Shown here: one piece after another, positions 54,212 to 64,000 of the stretch
How the letters are laid out: each line of letters opens with the position of its first letter
Position numbering within the stretch: position 1 is the first letter of the stretch
Origin: Calditrichia bacterium
Lineage (GTDB): Bacteria; Calditrichota; Calditrichia; JAJRVZ01
Direction: 5' to 3'
Assembly (NCBI GenBank): GCA_963777955.1
Contig: CAVZSQ010000001.1
Location: 96,001 to 160,000, forward strand
Length of the DNA stretch: 64,000 nt
Translations under genes and position numbers: made by a program
The notes under the pieces: generated by a model
What the model saw: the letters and a program-made list of their open reading frames with translations, nothing else
Databases searched by the model: none
Told to the model about the DNA's origin: nothing

Positions 54212-54256
54212 ATATTTTGCTCCATTATTTTTAATTTTACTCAGTAAAACCAACGA

Positions 54257-54713
54257 TTAATTCTTTTTGATGCTTGTCCAGGTAATCAGCACTAAAGCAA
54301 TCAATTCTGCTAAAGTACGCATGATATGGAAATGACCACCATTGATCCCGGATTTCGGACCAGTTTTCCGGAAGGGCAGAGGAAGTCCAATTCATAATTA
54401 TATTATTCAGAGGCTGGTTTCCAAACCGGGAGATAATAATACAGGAAATAAAAAATGCAGCGGCAATCAGCAAGGTGATAAATACAGATTTGTCACTTTT
54501 CTGCAGCAAGGCCGAGAGCAGAGTGATAATTGTCACTATAATCACCAGTGAAATCATTAATACGTTGAGTGAACCAAGCATATTCTGCTGTTGCTCAACA
54601 TAGGTGGATGGTGATAATCCTTGTGGATTAAAACCTAGCCATATTCCCAGACTGATTCCGGCAAGTACGGCTGCTAAGATAGTATTTAAAAATCTCAGGA
54701 TTGATTTATACAT
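54257..54713 (-). CDS. DUF1772 (anthrone oxygenase-like) membrane protein; frameshift near 54330
   Basis: Four TMs; GNQPLN..I..W....LP.NW...RD.WW..H..RT. Confidence 0.78.
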
Positions 54714-54977
54714 ATTCTGTACTTTTAAATTATTCGCAAGTTCTGTCGGATTTTCGAATTTCCGAATGTTATAGTTTTTATAACATGATGACAGTTATTT
54801 TTATTTCGGAGGAGCTGGCTCTTAGGCGGGAATGTCTGTCTGCTACTTCAGTTTAGGAACCAGTAGGTCTTTTATAACCTCTTTTAGTATCTGTTTACTG
54901 ACGTCATCGGAGATCAATAGTACCATCTTCAAATTTCCTTTTTATTTTAAAGCGGGCTTTTTTTAGGTACTTATAGA

Positions 54978-55070
54978 TTAAAACCAGGATTGCTGCTGAT
55001 AAGTTTTATACTCATCACCGAAAGCAGCGGACAACACCTTCTCTTCGTGCCGGCTGATTGTTTTGTCCAT
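54978..55070 (-). pseudogene. Short remnant resembling the C-terminus of an ICMT-family gene
   Basis: MDKTISRHEEKVLSAAFGDEYKTYQQQSWF*, similar to EDNHLAATFGEKYSHYRQRTWF of 47586-48109. Confidence 0.55.
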
Positions 55071-55319
55071 TTATTCTCCTTTTGCTGCTTTTTTCTTTAT
55101 CATGTCGACAATGGCCAGGATTACTCCAATCCCAAGCAAACTGTAGCCGATTAATTTTTCGTCTCCGAAAAACAGTCCGGCCAGAACAAATCCAAAGGCC
55201 AGCCCGGCTAATGGTGTGAATTTTTGTTCCATTTTGTTCTTATTTACCACAAAGACCAGTATAGCGATAATAGCCAAAACCAGTATCAAAATAGCAATGT
55301 AGATTTGTCCGGAAGTCAT
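55071..55319 (-). CDS. Small hypothetical membrane protein
   Basis: Three hydrophobic segments; GAGG RBS. Confidence 0.7.
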   Translation of the reverse strand: MTSGQIYIAILILVLAIIAILVFVVNKNKMEQKFTPLAGLAFGFVLAGLFFGDEKLIGYSLLGIGVILAIVDMIKKKAAKGE

Positions 55320-55369
55320 AATATTGCCTCTTTACTTAATATTTTTTCATTATAGTATTTCTATTTTAA

Positions 55370-55841
55370 TCACTTTCGTAGATTTTGCTTGATCATAGTC
55401 TGTCGAGTCCAAAAGCCAGTGATATTACCCCATTTTTGAATCAAACTCTGTCCCCGTTTTGTCTTCCAGTCATTTTCGATATCCAGGTGACATGCTTTTC
55501 CTGAGCCCTTACGGTCATGGTGACAATAGCGGCATTCCAATGGCTGAAATCCAGTGCCAAATAATTCGCACAAATCGTTTTTCAGGAATGTACACCAATT
55601 TTTTGAGAAAAGTCTGCAGGGCATAATTGCCTTCATTGCCCTTGAAGGCAGGGGCTAGCACGCCAAAATCCCTTTCGGGGGACATTTCCAGCATCATCTG
55701 TTTAGCATAGCCGGCTGCCATAGCCTTATCAGCTTCTTCAACCGTCCACCAGCCCGGCCGCTGGCAATAGACTTTACATATGTCGCATGAGCATGGTTTT
55801 GAAGGTGGATATTTGCTATTTAAATTGGTTTCGTCTTTCAT
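55370..55841 (-). CDS. Cys-rich hypothetical protein (possible Fe-S/Zn binding); frameshift near 55600
   Basis: CSC..C..YC.RPGWW, then C.F....LCEL....QPLECRYCHH. Confidence 0.65.
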
Positions 55842-55860
55842 TTCAGAATCATCAAATTGC

Positions 55861-56375
55861 TCATTCTATTAAGCTATGGTTAGCCTGTACATCCAGGCCA
55901 TCCCAAACTTTTTTTGCCGTCCAGGGTGTATCGGAATCGGTCCAGAATGGATCATCCGCAGGCAAGCCTAAAGGCAGAAAAATAGCAGTACACAGATAAA
56001 GGCTTCCCGTGGTTATGTAAAAATCGGCCAAGTCCGGGCTGCCGGCGCAGAGCGATTTCTTTAACTGAGCCGCCGTCGCCGTTCAACCAGGGTGCGATGC
56101 CGGAGATGGTGCGGGCAAATGCTTCCAGGTAGAGCTGCCTTTTTACGCTGCTCAGGATTATCACACGTTTCTGAAAGTACGACCGGCATTTGTACCTTGA
56201 GTTTGTCAGCAGCGATGTTCGACATAACCGGCCGGGCTACTTTATCCATGTAATAAAGCCATTTATCACGCGAGGTTTCTGGTTTCTGTGCGAAGGATAT
56301 TGTTGAAAATAGCAGTACACAAATTATATTGAGAACAAATATTCTTATCATGATCATTCTATTTATTCGAGTCAC
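55861..56375 (-). pseudogene. Internally deleted DUF2264-family gene
   Basis: N-terminal signal peptide plus YLEA.AR..SGIAPWL joined near 56040 to C-terminal YITTGSLYLC...FLPLGLPADDPFW....PWTAKKVW.G. Confidence 0.72.
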
Positions 56376-56390
56376 ACTTCGATTAATAGT

Positions 56391-57167
56391 TTACAGAACT
56401 TGCTTATCTTCAAAATCGTTTAGATATCCTGTTTTTGCCGTCCTTTGTGCAACCAACCTGAATACCGAGATCATTTTTAACCGATCGTTTTTTAAAGCTT
56501 CGACAATCAGTTTTTCACTCTCCAGATGCTTAAATTGATTAATAAAATCTGCCATTAAAAAGTCATTTTCAGGCAGGACCTCGGCAGTTTTTATTTCAAA
56601 AAGACCTGCTTTTTCAAAATGACTTTTCCACCATTCCAGCGAATGTATACTTTGAAATCCGATTTCCTGGTAACATTTTTTTAAATAATCAGGGACATCG
56701 GAGATACTCTTGAATTCCCTGTTATAGCACCACTCGGAAATACCAATCAATCCACCTGGTTGGATAAACTGGGATATATAGGGTATATACCAGTCATCTG
56801 TGCCATAATATGAAAAAGAATCGATTGAGATTACACTATCAAAATAATTGCCCGGGAAGGGCAGCCTCCTGGCATCCGCTTTTAAGGGAATGACTTTTTC
56901 AGCAAGGTTCATTTCCATAATCCGATTAAAATTATCCGAAGGGGATACCTCACGATCGACAGCATAAACCTGTACTCCGAATTCTCTGGCCATGAATATT
57001 GAACTGATCGCTTTCCCGCATCCTAAATCGAGTACTTTCATATTCTGTTTAAGGTTCATAATCCCGCAAAGGCTTTCGGCATAATAAAGGGTATTGTGCA
57101 ATAACGAATTTGCCAGAATCCATTTTTCGTTGTATCTGGAAGTTAATGGGAATAATTTTGGTTTCAT
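56391..57167 (-). CDS. Class I SAM-dependent methyltransferase
   Basis: KVLDLGCGKAISSIFMAREFG, ADAR.LPF...YFD...SID, HS.EWW. Confidence 0.88.
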   Translation of the reverse strand: MKPKLFPLTSRYNEKWILANSLLHNTLYYAESLCGIMNLKQNMKVLDLGCGKAISSIFMAREFGVQVYAVDREVSPSDNFNRIMEMNLAEKVIPLKADARRLPFPGNYFDSVISIDSFSYYGTDDWYIPYISQFIQPGGLIGISEWCYNREFKSISDVPDYLKKCYQEIGFQSIHSLEWWKSHFEKAGLFEIKTAEVLPENDFLMADFINQFKHLESEKLIVEALKNDRLKMISVFRLVAQRTAKTGYLNDFEDKQVL

Positions 57168-57778
57168 TTCATCCTTTTTCTCCTGAGCAGGGCGAAGGCA
57201 ATGATCAGTAAAGCCCCGAGCAGTAAAATGCAATCTATAGTCACACCGAGTTTAAAAACACCCAGCAGTCCATATAGAAGTCCGGCCAGACCAAGAGTGA
57301 CCGAGTAAGCAGGTGAACCAAGTTTGTTGACGATTAAGGTAAAACCGATAACTATGGAAAGAGTCGGGCAGGGGATCAGGCCTGTGGGGGCTGCATACAG
57401 GTATGACCACCACGATGTTGTTTCCAGAAAATGCGGATAAATCCAACCAAAGATAACCATTAAAATACCGGGAATTAATGGCCATGCGGGTGCGATATCA
57501 ATCGGTTCACGCGGCATTTTAATTGAAATATAAATCAACAGGACTCCAAGTAAAGCGAAAACGATACCGTTGAAAGGATTTAAAGAAAGCCAGGCAATTA
57601 TGCTGACTGACAGGAGCGGCAGGGCCAGCAATATTCCGAAATCGCGTTTTAACAAGCGTACACCTGTAATTAAACCGGCAATTATAATAGCAAAATATAA
57701 ATGCCACAATATAGCAGCAGTCTGCCATGAATTTACGATTTCTTTCAAACCGGCAAGTATTTGATCGCTGGATGGCAT
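57164..57778 (-). CDS. Hypothetical membrane protein
   Basis: About 7 TMs; NPFNG, GW.YPHFL, PTGLIPCPTL. Confidence 0.75.
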   Translation of the reverse strand: MPSSDQILAGLKEIVNSWQTAAILWHLYFAIIIAGLITGVRLLKRDFGILLALPLLSVSIIAWLSLNPFNGIVFALLGVLLIYISIKMPREPIDIAPAWPLIPGILMVIFGWIYPHFLETTSWWSYLYAAPTGLIPCPTLSIVIGFTLIVNKLGSPAYSVTLGLAGLLYGLLGVFKLGVTIDCILLLGALLIIAFALLRRKRMK

Positions 57779-57788
57779 GGTCTTTCCT

Positions 57789-58934
57789 TTATTTCCTATT
57801 AGGATTATATCGTATCGGTTTTCCCTCTACTTTTTCAATAGGATCGTTTACATATACTTTACCGAGTCCAATTGGTGAAGTGAAAGTTCCACCTTTTCTT
57901 TCCTCGCTGATTCCATCGGAAAATCCGAGATCCACCGGCACCTTGCCCCGGCCGCCCTGGGCATCCACCACATATACCGGACGCAGAAATCCGGTGGTTG
58001 CTCCGCACAGATCTTTGCAGATCTCTTTTCCTATGTATACCTCGGTCCTGAAATGACCGGTGCCCTCCACCAGATCGGCATAGTACAGATAATATGGTTT
58101 TATACCCATTTTACCGAGGCTGTGCACCAGGTCCCGCATCACGTCGGTGTCATCGTTGACACCTTTTAATAAGACAGACTGGTTCCCAATGGGAATGCCC
58201 AATTCTCGTAATACTTTAACAGCCTGATAACTTTCCGCAGTTATTTCATTGGGATGATTGAAGTGCGTATTGATGAAAAGTTGCGGTTCTTTAAGGGATT
58301 TGGGAGTGTGTTTTCTCAATATGTCGATTAATTCCTGGTCCTCGCTGATCCGCTGCGGCCAGACGCAGGGAACCCTGGTGCCGATCCTGATAATATCCAG
58401 ATGTTCGATTTTTTTTAGTTTTCCCAGAATATCATCCAGGCGCACATTGGAGATCAACAGGGGATCGCCGCCGGAGATCAAAACGTCCCTGATATCCTCA
58501 TGCTCGGCAATATATTCAATACCACGGTTTATCTCTTCTGCCGTGGGATTCTTACGGTCGTCGCCGACTTTCCTTTTCCGGGTACAGAAGCGGCAGTACA
58601 TGGCGCATTCGATCGATACGAACAATAAAACACGGTCGGGATATCTGTGGATAATGGTCCGGGGACCGCCCAGCGGAATATCCCCCTCTTCATCCAGCGG
58701 ATCTTCGGTCAGGTCCATATAATGTTCGAGTTCCTCCACGTCGGGAATGGCCTGTTTCCAGATGCCGTCGTTCATCTTCTCGATCAGACCGAGGTAATAT
58801 GTATTTACCCGCATGGGATATTTGGCAATTACGTCCGCGAGCCTGGGATCAACTCTGGCTTTCTGCCCGGTAAGCCATTTCTCCAGATCCTCGAATGTCC
58901 TGATTGCATTTTTTAATATGTCTTTATACGCCAT
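57789..58934 (-). CDS. KamA family radical SAM protein (lysine 2,3-aminomutase-like)
   Basis: DPL.E, HRYPDRVL, CAMYCRFCTRKR, SGGDPL, THFNHP.E, NQSVLLKGVND, PYYL, GG.GK (PLP Lys). Confidence 0.92.
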   Translation of the reverse strand: MAYKDILKNAIRTFEDLEKWLTGQKARVDPRLADVIAKYPMRVNTYYLGLIEKMNDGIWKQAIPDVEELEHYMDLTEDPLDEEGDIPLGGPRTIIHRYPDRVLLFVSIECAMYCRFCTRKRKVGDDRKNPTAEEINRGIEYIAEHEDIRDVLISGGDPLLISNVRLDDILGKLKKIEHLDIIRIGTRVPCVWPQRISEDQELIDILRKHTPKSLKEPQLFINTHFNHPNEITAESYQAVKVLRELGIPIGNQSVLLKGVNDDTDVMRDLVHSLGKMGIKPYYLYYADLVEGTGHFRTEVYIGKEICKDLCGATTGFLRPVYVVDAQGGRGKVPVDLGFSDGISEERKGGTFTSPIGLGKVYVNDPIEKVEGKPIRYNPNRK

Positions 58935-59025
58935 GGATGATCCTCCGTTACGTACCTGCTGATAAAAATAGATTGAATATAAATGATAAGTTTTTATTTT
59001 CTAATTACCAATTACTATTTACTAA

Positions 59026-59748
59026 TTATTTTATTCCAATATAGATTAGATTAGGATTTTTTACCTGTTTAACTTTAGACCAGACATTTTTTAATCGGTT
59101 CAAGCGGGACTTTGGTCTGAATCTTGTTGTTTTACATACTACTTCTTTGAAACCTGCATTTTCCATCAGCAGGGAGAGTTTGGCCTTGGTCCATGAGCTC
59201 ACATGTTGAAATGTATGAAAAATACAACCGCATTCGGGACAAATGATCTTTTGTTGTTCCAGGTTCTCCTCATTAGGAGTTGTTAAAATAACATATCCTC
59301 CTGTCCTGGTAATACGATGAATCTCCTGAAGCGTCTCCATGAGTTCATCGGGTAGAAGATGTTCGACAGTCTCTATGAAGAATATGCTATCGAATTCATC
59401 GTTGGCGATAGGTGTCGGTATTTTTTCGGCCAGAGTTACCCCTCTGAAGTTTTCATTGCCGTCAAATTTTGTTTTAACTACCTGTATGGCTGCCGGGGAA
59501 AAATCCAATCCCTGACAGGGGATATTTTTGCTTAGGAACTTTTCGATAAGAAATCCGGGACCACATCCAAAATCCAAAATATTCCCACTCAGATCAATGT
59601 GTTGTTGCACAAAATGAATAATGGAATCACCTACCTGCTTGGAAAAATATTTATCCTCGAGGGCGTTATTAGAAGAGAAATAAGACCAGATACGTGCCGA
59701 TTTTTCTCTGGTCCAGATTATCTCGTGTGGTGTGAAGTTTATGCTCAT
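59026..59748 (-). CDS. Class I SAM-dependent methyltransferase
   Basis: ILDFGCGPG, E.VEHL, GG...LTTPN, CPECG..FH..QH. Confidence 0.88.
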   Translation of the reverse strand: MSINFTPHEIIWTREKSARIWSYFSSNNALEDKYFSKQVGDSIIHFVQQHIDLSGNILDFGCGPGFLIEKFLSKNIPCQGLDFSPAAIQVVKTKFDGNENFRGVTLAEKIPTPIANDEFDSIFFIETVEHLLPDELMETLQEIHRITRTGGYVILTTPNEENLEQQKIICPECGCIFHTFQHVSSWTKAKLSLLMENAGFKEVVCKTTRFRPKSRLNRLKNVWSKVKQVKNPNLIYIGIK

Positions 59749-60313
59749 TTTGTAGTTTCCTCTCTGGCTAATCCGGTTATTCTTTTGATAAAATCAGTCT
59801 TTTTTTCGGTGTAGGCTTCGCGGTCATTTTTGTATTCCCCGGCCAGGCGTAACTTTAAGTCGCCGTACTCCCGGGCGACCTCAGGATGCAGTTTCAGATA
59901 ATCGCGGAAATAGAGTTCATCCCAGTCTCCGGGATAGCGCACGTGAATATGATAAGCCTGTCCTTTGAATCCATGGGTGGTATACCCTTTACAAACATCA
60001 TATGGGGAGCCGGATTTTCCGGTCTGTGAATATAGTGATAATCTATACTTATTAATTTTTCTATAACAAATTTTGTATCAATAGACTCAGGTACTTCCAG
60101 TAAAATATCTATCGTTGGTTTAGCTTTTAAATTTGGAACCGCCGTGCTGCCGATATGTTCCACCCGGACTATATTCTGTACTCCCAGTACATCTTCGATA
60201 TTGATTTTCTCGGCTGCATACATTTTAATCCAGGCTGGATCAGGTTCCGAAATAATAACAGGGAAAAGATTTCCCAATTCTTCAATATTCATCAGGTCCA
60301 GCTGCTTTTTCAC
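59745..60313 (-). CDS. GrpB/UPF0157 nucleotidyltransferase-like protein; frameshift near 59985
   Basis: EHIGSTAVP.L.AKP.IDI, then FRDYL..HPE.A.EY..LK..LA....DREAYT..KT.FI. Confidence 0.88.
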
Positions 60314-60404
60314 AAATTATTTCGATTATTCTTTACCATTGTAACATGACTCACTATGTAAAATAAAGCCAGCCTGAGCAGAGCAGTAGTGGGATAAGGT
60401 GGTA

Positions 60405-61953
60405 TTATCGTTTAGTTCCGTTTAAAACGATTTCATCAAACAGACCGGTGTCTTCAGTCACGTTTAATTCTACACTCTGTTCTTCAAAGTGCAGGCGGAA
60501 GCGCAGCAATCGGTTATTCGCTGCTTCATTGTAAATGAATTCAAAGTCGTTTTCCGGTGTCCAGAAACCTTTAGCTCCTGCCGGCAAGTCGTATGGCGAG
60601 GTGTTGGATATCCGATAGACATCATCCAGACCGAGCGGGATCACCTTTATAATGGGTTTTCCAGTCAGCCGGTTTATAGATGATACTTTAATAATCGGAT
60701 CGCGATCCTGCTCAAAGACCAGGCTGAAGGAATCCAGCCCTAACGGATTATCATCAAGAAAGTATTCCTGGCCGGATATCTTGTCAGCCAGTGCGGGCAA
60801 GGGTGCCACGGGCTTTGGCAAAGGGGCAGTCGAGGCTTCCCTGATTTTATTTTTCAGAAGTTTAAAGGTTTTGGGATTTTCCGCTAAAGGACCGTCCGCT
60901 GCAATAGCGCGCTGGATAAATTCTCCAATCCCTCCCAGCGTATATTCTCCGTTTCCAAGTAACACTACCACCATATTCTTCTGCGGCCAGATAATGAGTC
61001 TTTGTCCACCGCGGCCGCGGCCCTCGAATAAACCAGGAGTATCCAACGGAATCCACCAGAGATATCCGTAGGCAGTTCCCGAATCTTCATAGATCTGCGC
61101 TTGTGCTGATTGTCTGATCCATTCCTGCGAAATAATTTGTCTGCCGCCCCAATTGCCTTTATTCAGGACAAGGTATCCGATTTTGGCCAGATCAGGAGGC
61201 GTAATACAAAGATCACCCCAGCCATAAGTGTTGCCCTGCCGGTCTGCCGGCCATCTAATGTTGGTTATGGACAGAGGTTCGAACAGGTTTTTCTGCGCAA
61301 ACTCCAGCAGACTCATGCCAGTTGCCCGGGATAAGATTGCTGAAAGAAAGTGCGGTGCAATCGATGAATAAACAAATTGTTTACCTGGTTCAGCTGAATA
61401 AAGGCAGGTTCAGCATATACTGAATGCCATCGGCGCTTTCCCGCATTTGTCCCGTCTGCGCTTCCCCTGCGCCGAAGTCCCGGCAAAGAGCAGAGGCCAT
61501 CGTCAATAGATGCCTGATGGTCAATGATTTTTTATTTTCATCCAGGTTCAGGGCAGTACGATCTTTGAAATAAGCGAGGACCTGCTCATTGACATTTTTA
61601 ATATAGCCCTGGTCGATGGCGATCCCGGTGGCCAGAGCCGTGATGCTTTTAGTAACGGAAGCAACATCATGAATGACATTCTTTTGATAAGGATAAAGAT
61701 AAGCTTGCAGAATCATATAGCCGTTGCGAATAATGATAATACTGTTAAGGTTGATGTTTTTTTCCTTAACGTAATCAAATAACTTTACCAGTTCCGCCGA
61801 TTGCAGACCTTGCTTTTCCGGGGTGCATGTACGCCAGATCTGCTCAGGCCAATAGCCGGTTGTTTCGATTTGCTGCGACTGATGAATGCCGGCATCGGCG
61901 GGATACCCGAGTATAATTGATAAACATAAAATCAACTGTATCCAGCTGACCAT
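60405..61953 (-). CDS. Serine hydrolase (class C beta-lactamase-like); frameshift near 61390
   Basis: ASVTKS (SxxK), HLLTM.S, PG..F.YS, LF.PL.I, DLAKIG.L.L..G.W, YGYLWW, GRGGQ. Confidence 0.88.
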
Positions 61954-62079
61954 GATTATTCGTCTCCTGGCTAAGTTGTGATTAATGGAATCATTGCTGG
62001 AATAATATATATCATTTCAGGCACACTTCAGGTTACGGCAGTCTGTTAGAGATGTTTCAGGCGAGAATAATTTTGACGG

Positions 62080-63141
62080 TCACAAACTTCGGGCATAGCC
62101 GAAAATAATAGTAGAAATTATAAGCACACTCAGTCCTGCCAGCAGGGTTACCAGCGTCTTACGTTCAACACCGCGCCATTCTCCGGCAATTAAGCCCCAC
62201 ATGGTGCTGAACAATATGCTGGAAGCCATCAGCAGGCTCCAGCCGGCTACCCCTTTTAAAATGGATTCACCCATGCCGTAAAAAAACATTTGTAAATACC
62301 AGACCGTACCGCCAAGCGCACAGAGCAGCAAGTTTTTAAAAACTGGTTGTTTGGTAAAATCGCTGTATGTTTTATTTTTGATCTGAAGAAAAACACACCA
62401 GGCCACGTTAACCAGGAAACCGCCGAACATGATCAGGATAAAGGTCGGATTATTCTCAAACACCGGATTGGTTCCGGCAGCTTTGGCAATGGCGGAGACC
62501 GGTTTTCCCGCAGCCACGCCCATGGCAAAGGCCGAACTCATGAATCCGGAGAATATCGCCACTGAAATTCCTTTCCTGACATTGAATTCGCCGCGATTCT
62601 TTTGTCCCTGCTGCGAGGTCAATTGTTTATCCTTCAGCAAGCCGGCTTTGCCGTTGATGACGATCCCGATTAAACATAACCCGACGCCAATCAGTGTGGT
62701 AATACCGTAAGCTGTAGAAAAGAGATCGGTCAGGGAAGCAGCGCCGGGAAACAAATCCAGGAACACTTCCGGAAACAGCGAAACAAATATACTTGGCAGC
62801 AGGGCACCGAATACCAGTGTTAAACCGAGTGCAATAGCCATGCCCAGCGATATGCCCAGGTAACGCATGGACAAACCGAAGGTCAGACCACCGATACCCC
62901 AGAGAATTCCGAATATAAAGGGTTTGATCATTTGGGCCGGTCCTGCTTCCGAAAATATCGACAGCAATCCCGGCACGGTGGCCAAGGAGAACAGCCATGG
63001 CGCGATGATCCAGGAAAATATGCCGCCGGTGATCCAGAATACTTCCCAGGACCAGGTCTGGATTTTTTTGAACGGCATGTAGAAACTGCCGTTGGAAAAT
63101 CCGCCGAGTAAAACCAGTAAAACTCCCAGTACTGCTTCCAT
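62080..63141 (-). CDS. rhaT: L-rhamnose/proton symporter
   Basis: GSFY.PFKK..W.WE..W, WGIGGLTFGL.MRYLG.SLG, W..Q.FFYGMG; downstream of rhaA. Confidence 0.92.
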   Translation of the reverse strand: MEAVLGVLLVLLGGFSNGSFYMPFKKIQTWSWEVFWITGGIFSWIIAPWLFSLATVPGLLSIFSEAGPAQMIKPFIFGILWGIGGLTFGLSMRYLGISLGMAIALGLTLVFGALLPSIFVSLFPEVFLDLFPGAASLTDLFSTAYGITTLIGVGLCLIGIVINGKAGLLKDKQLTSQQGQKNRGEFNVRKGISVAIFSGFMSSAFAMGVAAGKPVSAIAKAAGTNPVFENNPTFILIMFGGFLVNVAWCVFLQIKNKTYSDFTKQPVFKNLLLCALGGTVWYLQMFFYGMGESILKGVAGWSLLMASSILFSTMWGLIAGEWRGVERKTLVTLLAGLSVLIISTIIFGYARSL

Positions 63142-63181
63142 GGTTCCCCTTTATCTAATTGATCGCCCCGGCTGTCCCGGA

Positions 63182-64000
63182 TTAATTTCTTTTGCTTAAA
63201 ATCCGTTTTTCGTAATCCTGGATAGCCGAGATGTAATGATGTCCTACAGGCACCTGGTTCATTTCGCAGTAATAATCCCATACTCCGGAGAAAGGCAGGG
63301 TTTTGTATTCTTCCAGCAAAGCCAGCCGCTCAAAATTTTTCCCGGCGGCTTCGAAATTTCGTAACTGAGTTAGCGGTGAAAGGAGCGCAATAAGAATTGC
63401 TTTCAGGGCTGCCCGGGAACCTATTACATAGGCGCCGATCCGGTTGATCGACGCGTCAAAGAAATCAAGTCCCAGGTAAACCTTGTCTAATTTGCCGGCC
63501 CAGACGATTTCCTGCATCAATTCAACCAGGGGATCGTTGAACAGCGCCACATGGTCGCTGTCCCAGCGTATGCCGCGCGTGATATGAAATACCAGTTCAG
63601 CGCAGAACTGGAACAGAGCCGATACCTTATCCGCACATGATTCGGTTGGATGAAAATGCCCGATGTCGATACACAGCAGCACCTTGTTTTTAACCGCATA
63701 ACCAAGATAAAATTCATGGGAACCGACTACAAACGATTCACTGCCGATGCCGAAGAGTTTGCTTTCCACTGAATCGCGCATGAAGTGTGGATCGTACTGA
63801 TGGGCAAAAATGGTGTCGAGCGATTCACGCAGCAATTCCCGGTGGTGAAAGCGGTTTACGGTAATATCTTTTGATCCGTCGGGAATCCACAGGTTGTGAA
63901 TAGTTCTGGATTTCAGTTCTTTGCCGATGTAGGCGCTGATTTCGCGGCAGCGCAGGGCATGTTCGATCCAGAAGGCCCGGATAGATTTATCAGGATGGGC
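63182..64000 (-). CDS. rhaA: L-rhamnose isomerase, 5'-truncated by window edge
   Basis: HNLWIPDGSKD, VESKLFGIGSES, D.GHFHPTE, RGIRWDSDH, LDFFDASINR. Confidence 0.96.
   Translation of the reverse strand, partial: AHPDKSIRAFWIEHALRCREISAYIGKELKSRTIHNLWIPDGSKDITVNRFHHRELLRESLDTIFAHQYDPHFMRDSVESKLFGIGSESFVVGSHEFYLGYAVKNKVLLCIDIGHFHPTESCADKVSALFQFCAELVFHITRGIRWDSDHVALFNDPLVELMQEIVWAGKLDKVYLGLDFFDASINRIGAYVIGSRAALKAILIALLSPLTQLRNFEAAGKNFERLALLEEYKTLPFSGVWDYYCEMNQVPVGHHYISAIQDYEKRILSKRN

Noticed and set aside
60405..61953. Antibiotic-resistance beta-lactamase
   Set aside because: SxxK serine-hydrolase fold only; resembles the broad esterase/amidase group and resistance cannot be inferred
36300..62000. 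Integron cassette array
   Set aside because: Gene content is cassette-like, but I found no recurring RYYYAAC...GTTRRRY attC structures, many genes overlap, and there is no integrase in the window

Overview
A 64-kb bacterial chromosomal window, probably from an FCB-superphylum anaerobe of Calditrichota/KSB1/Ignavibacteria type. This is inferred only from three proteins ending in YPNPFN-type 'T9SS-like' C-terminal sorting domains and from the gene content. It holds about 60 genes: tdh-kbl, a tRNA-Ala(GGC), glycoside hydrolases and esterases, uppP, an atypical purF, rhaT-rhaA, and a ~33-kb run of mostly short accessory genes all on the minus strand. About 25 genes carry single-base frameshifts, many in short homopolymers, which most likely are uncorrected sequencing errors. 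The standout locus is an intact mercury-methylation operon, marR-hgcA-hgcB. A tandem 16-bp operator-like repeat lies over its promoter. Nearby, an ArsR regulator and a small Cys/His-rich protein share the same C-terminal coiled coil. Other oddities: a strongly divergent enolase whose stop codon lies inside the antisense tRNA-Ala acceptor stem; an orphan DNA methyltransferase fused to a thermonuclease-like domain hidden by a frameshift; several internally collapsed gene remnants; and dispersed palindromic repeats that carry nested mini-hairpin insertions. No CRISPR array, rRNA, integrase or transposase was recognised.
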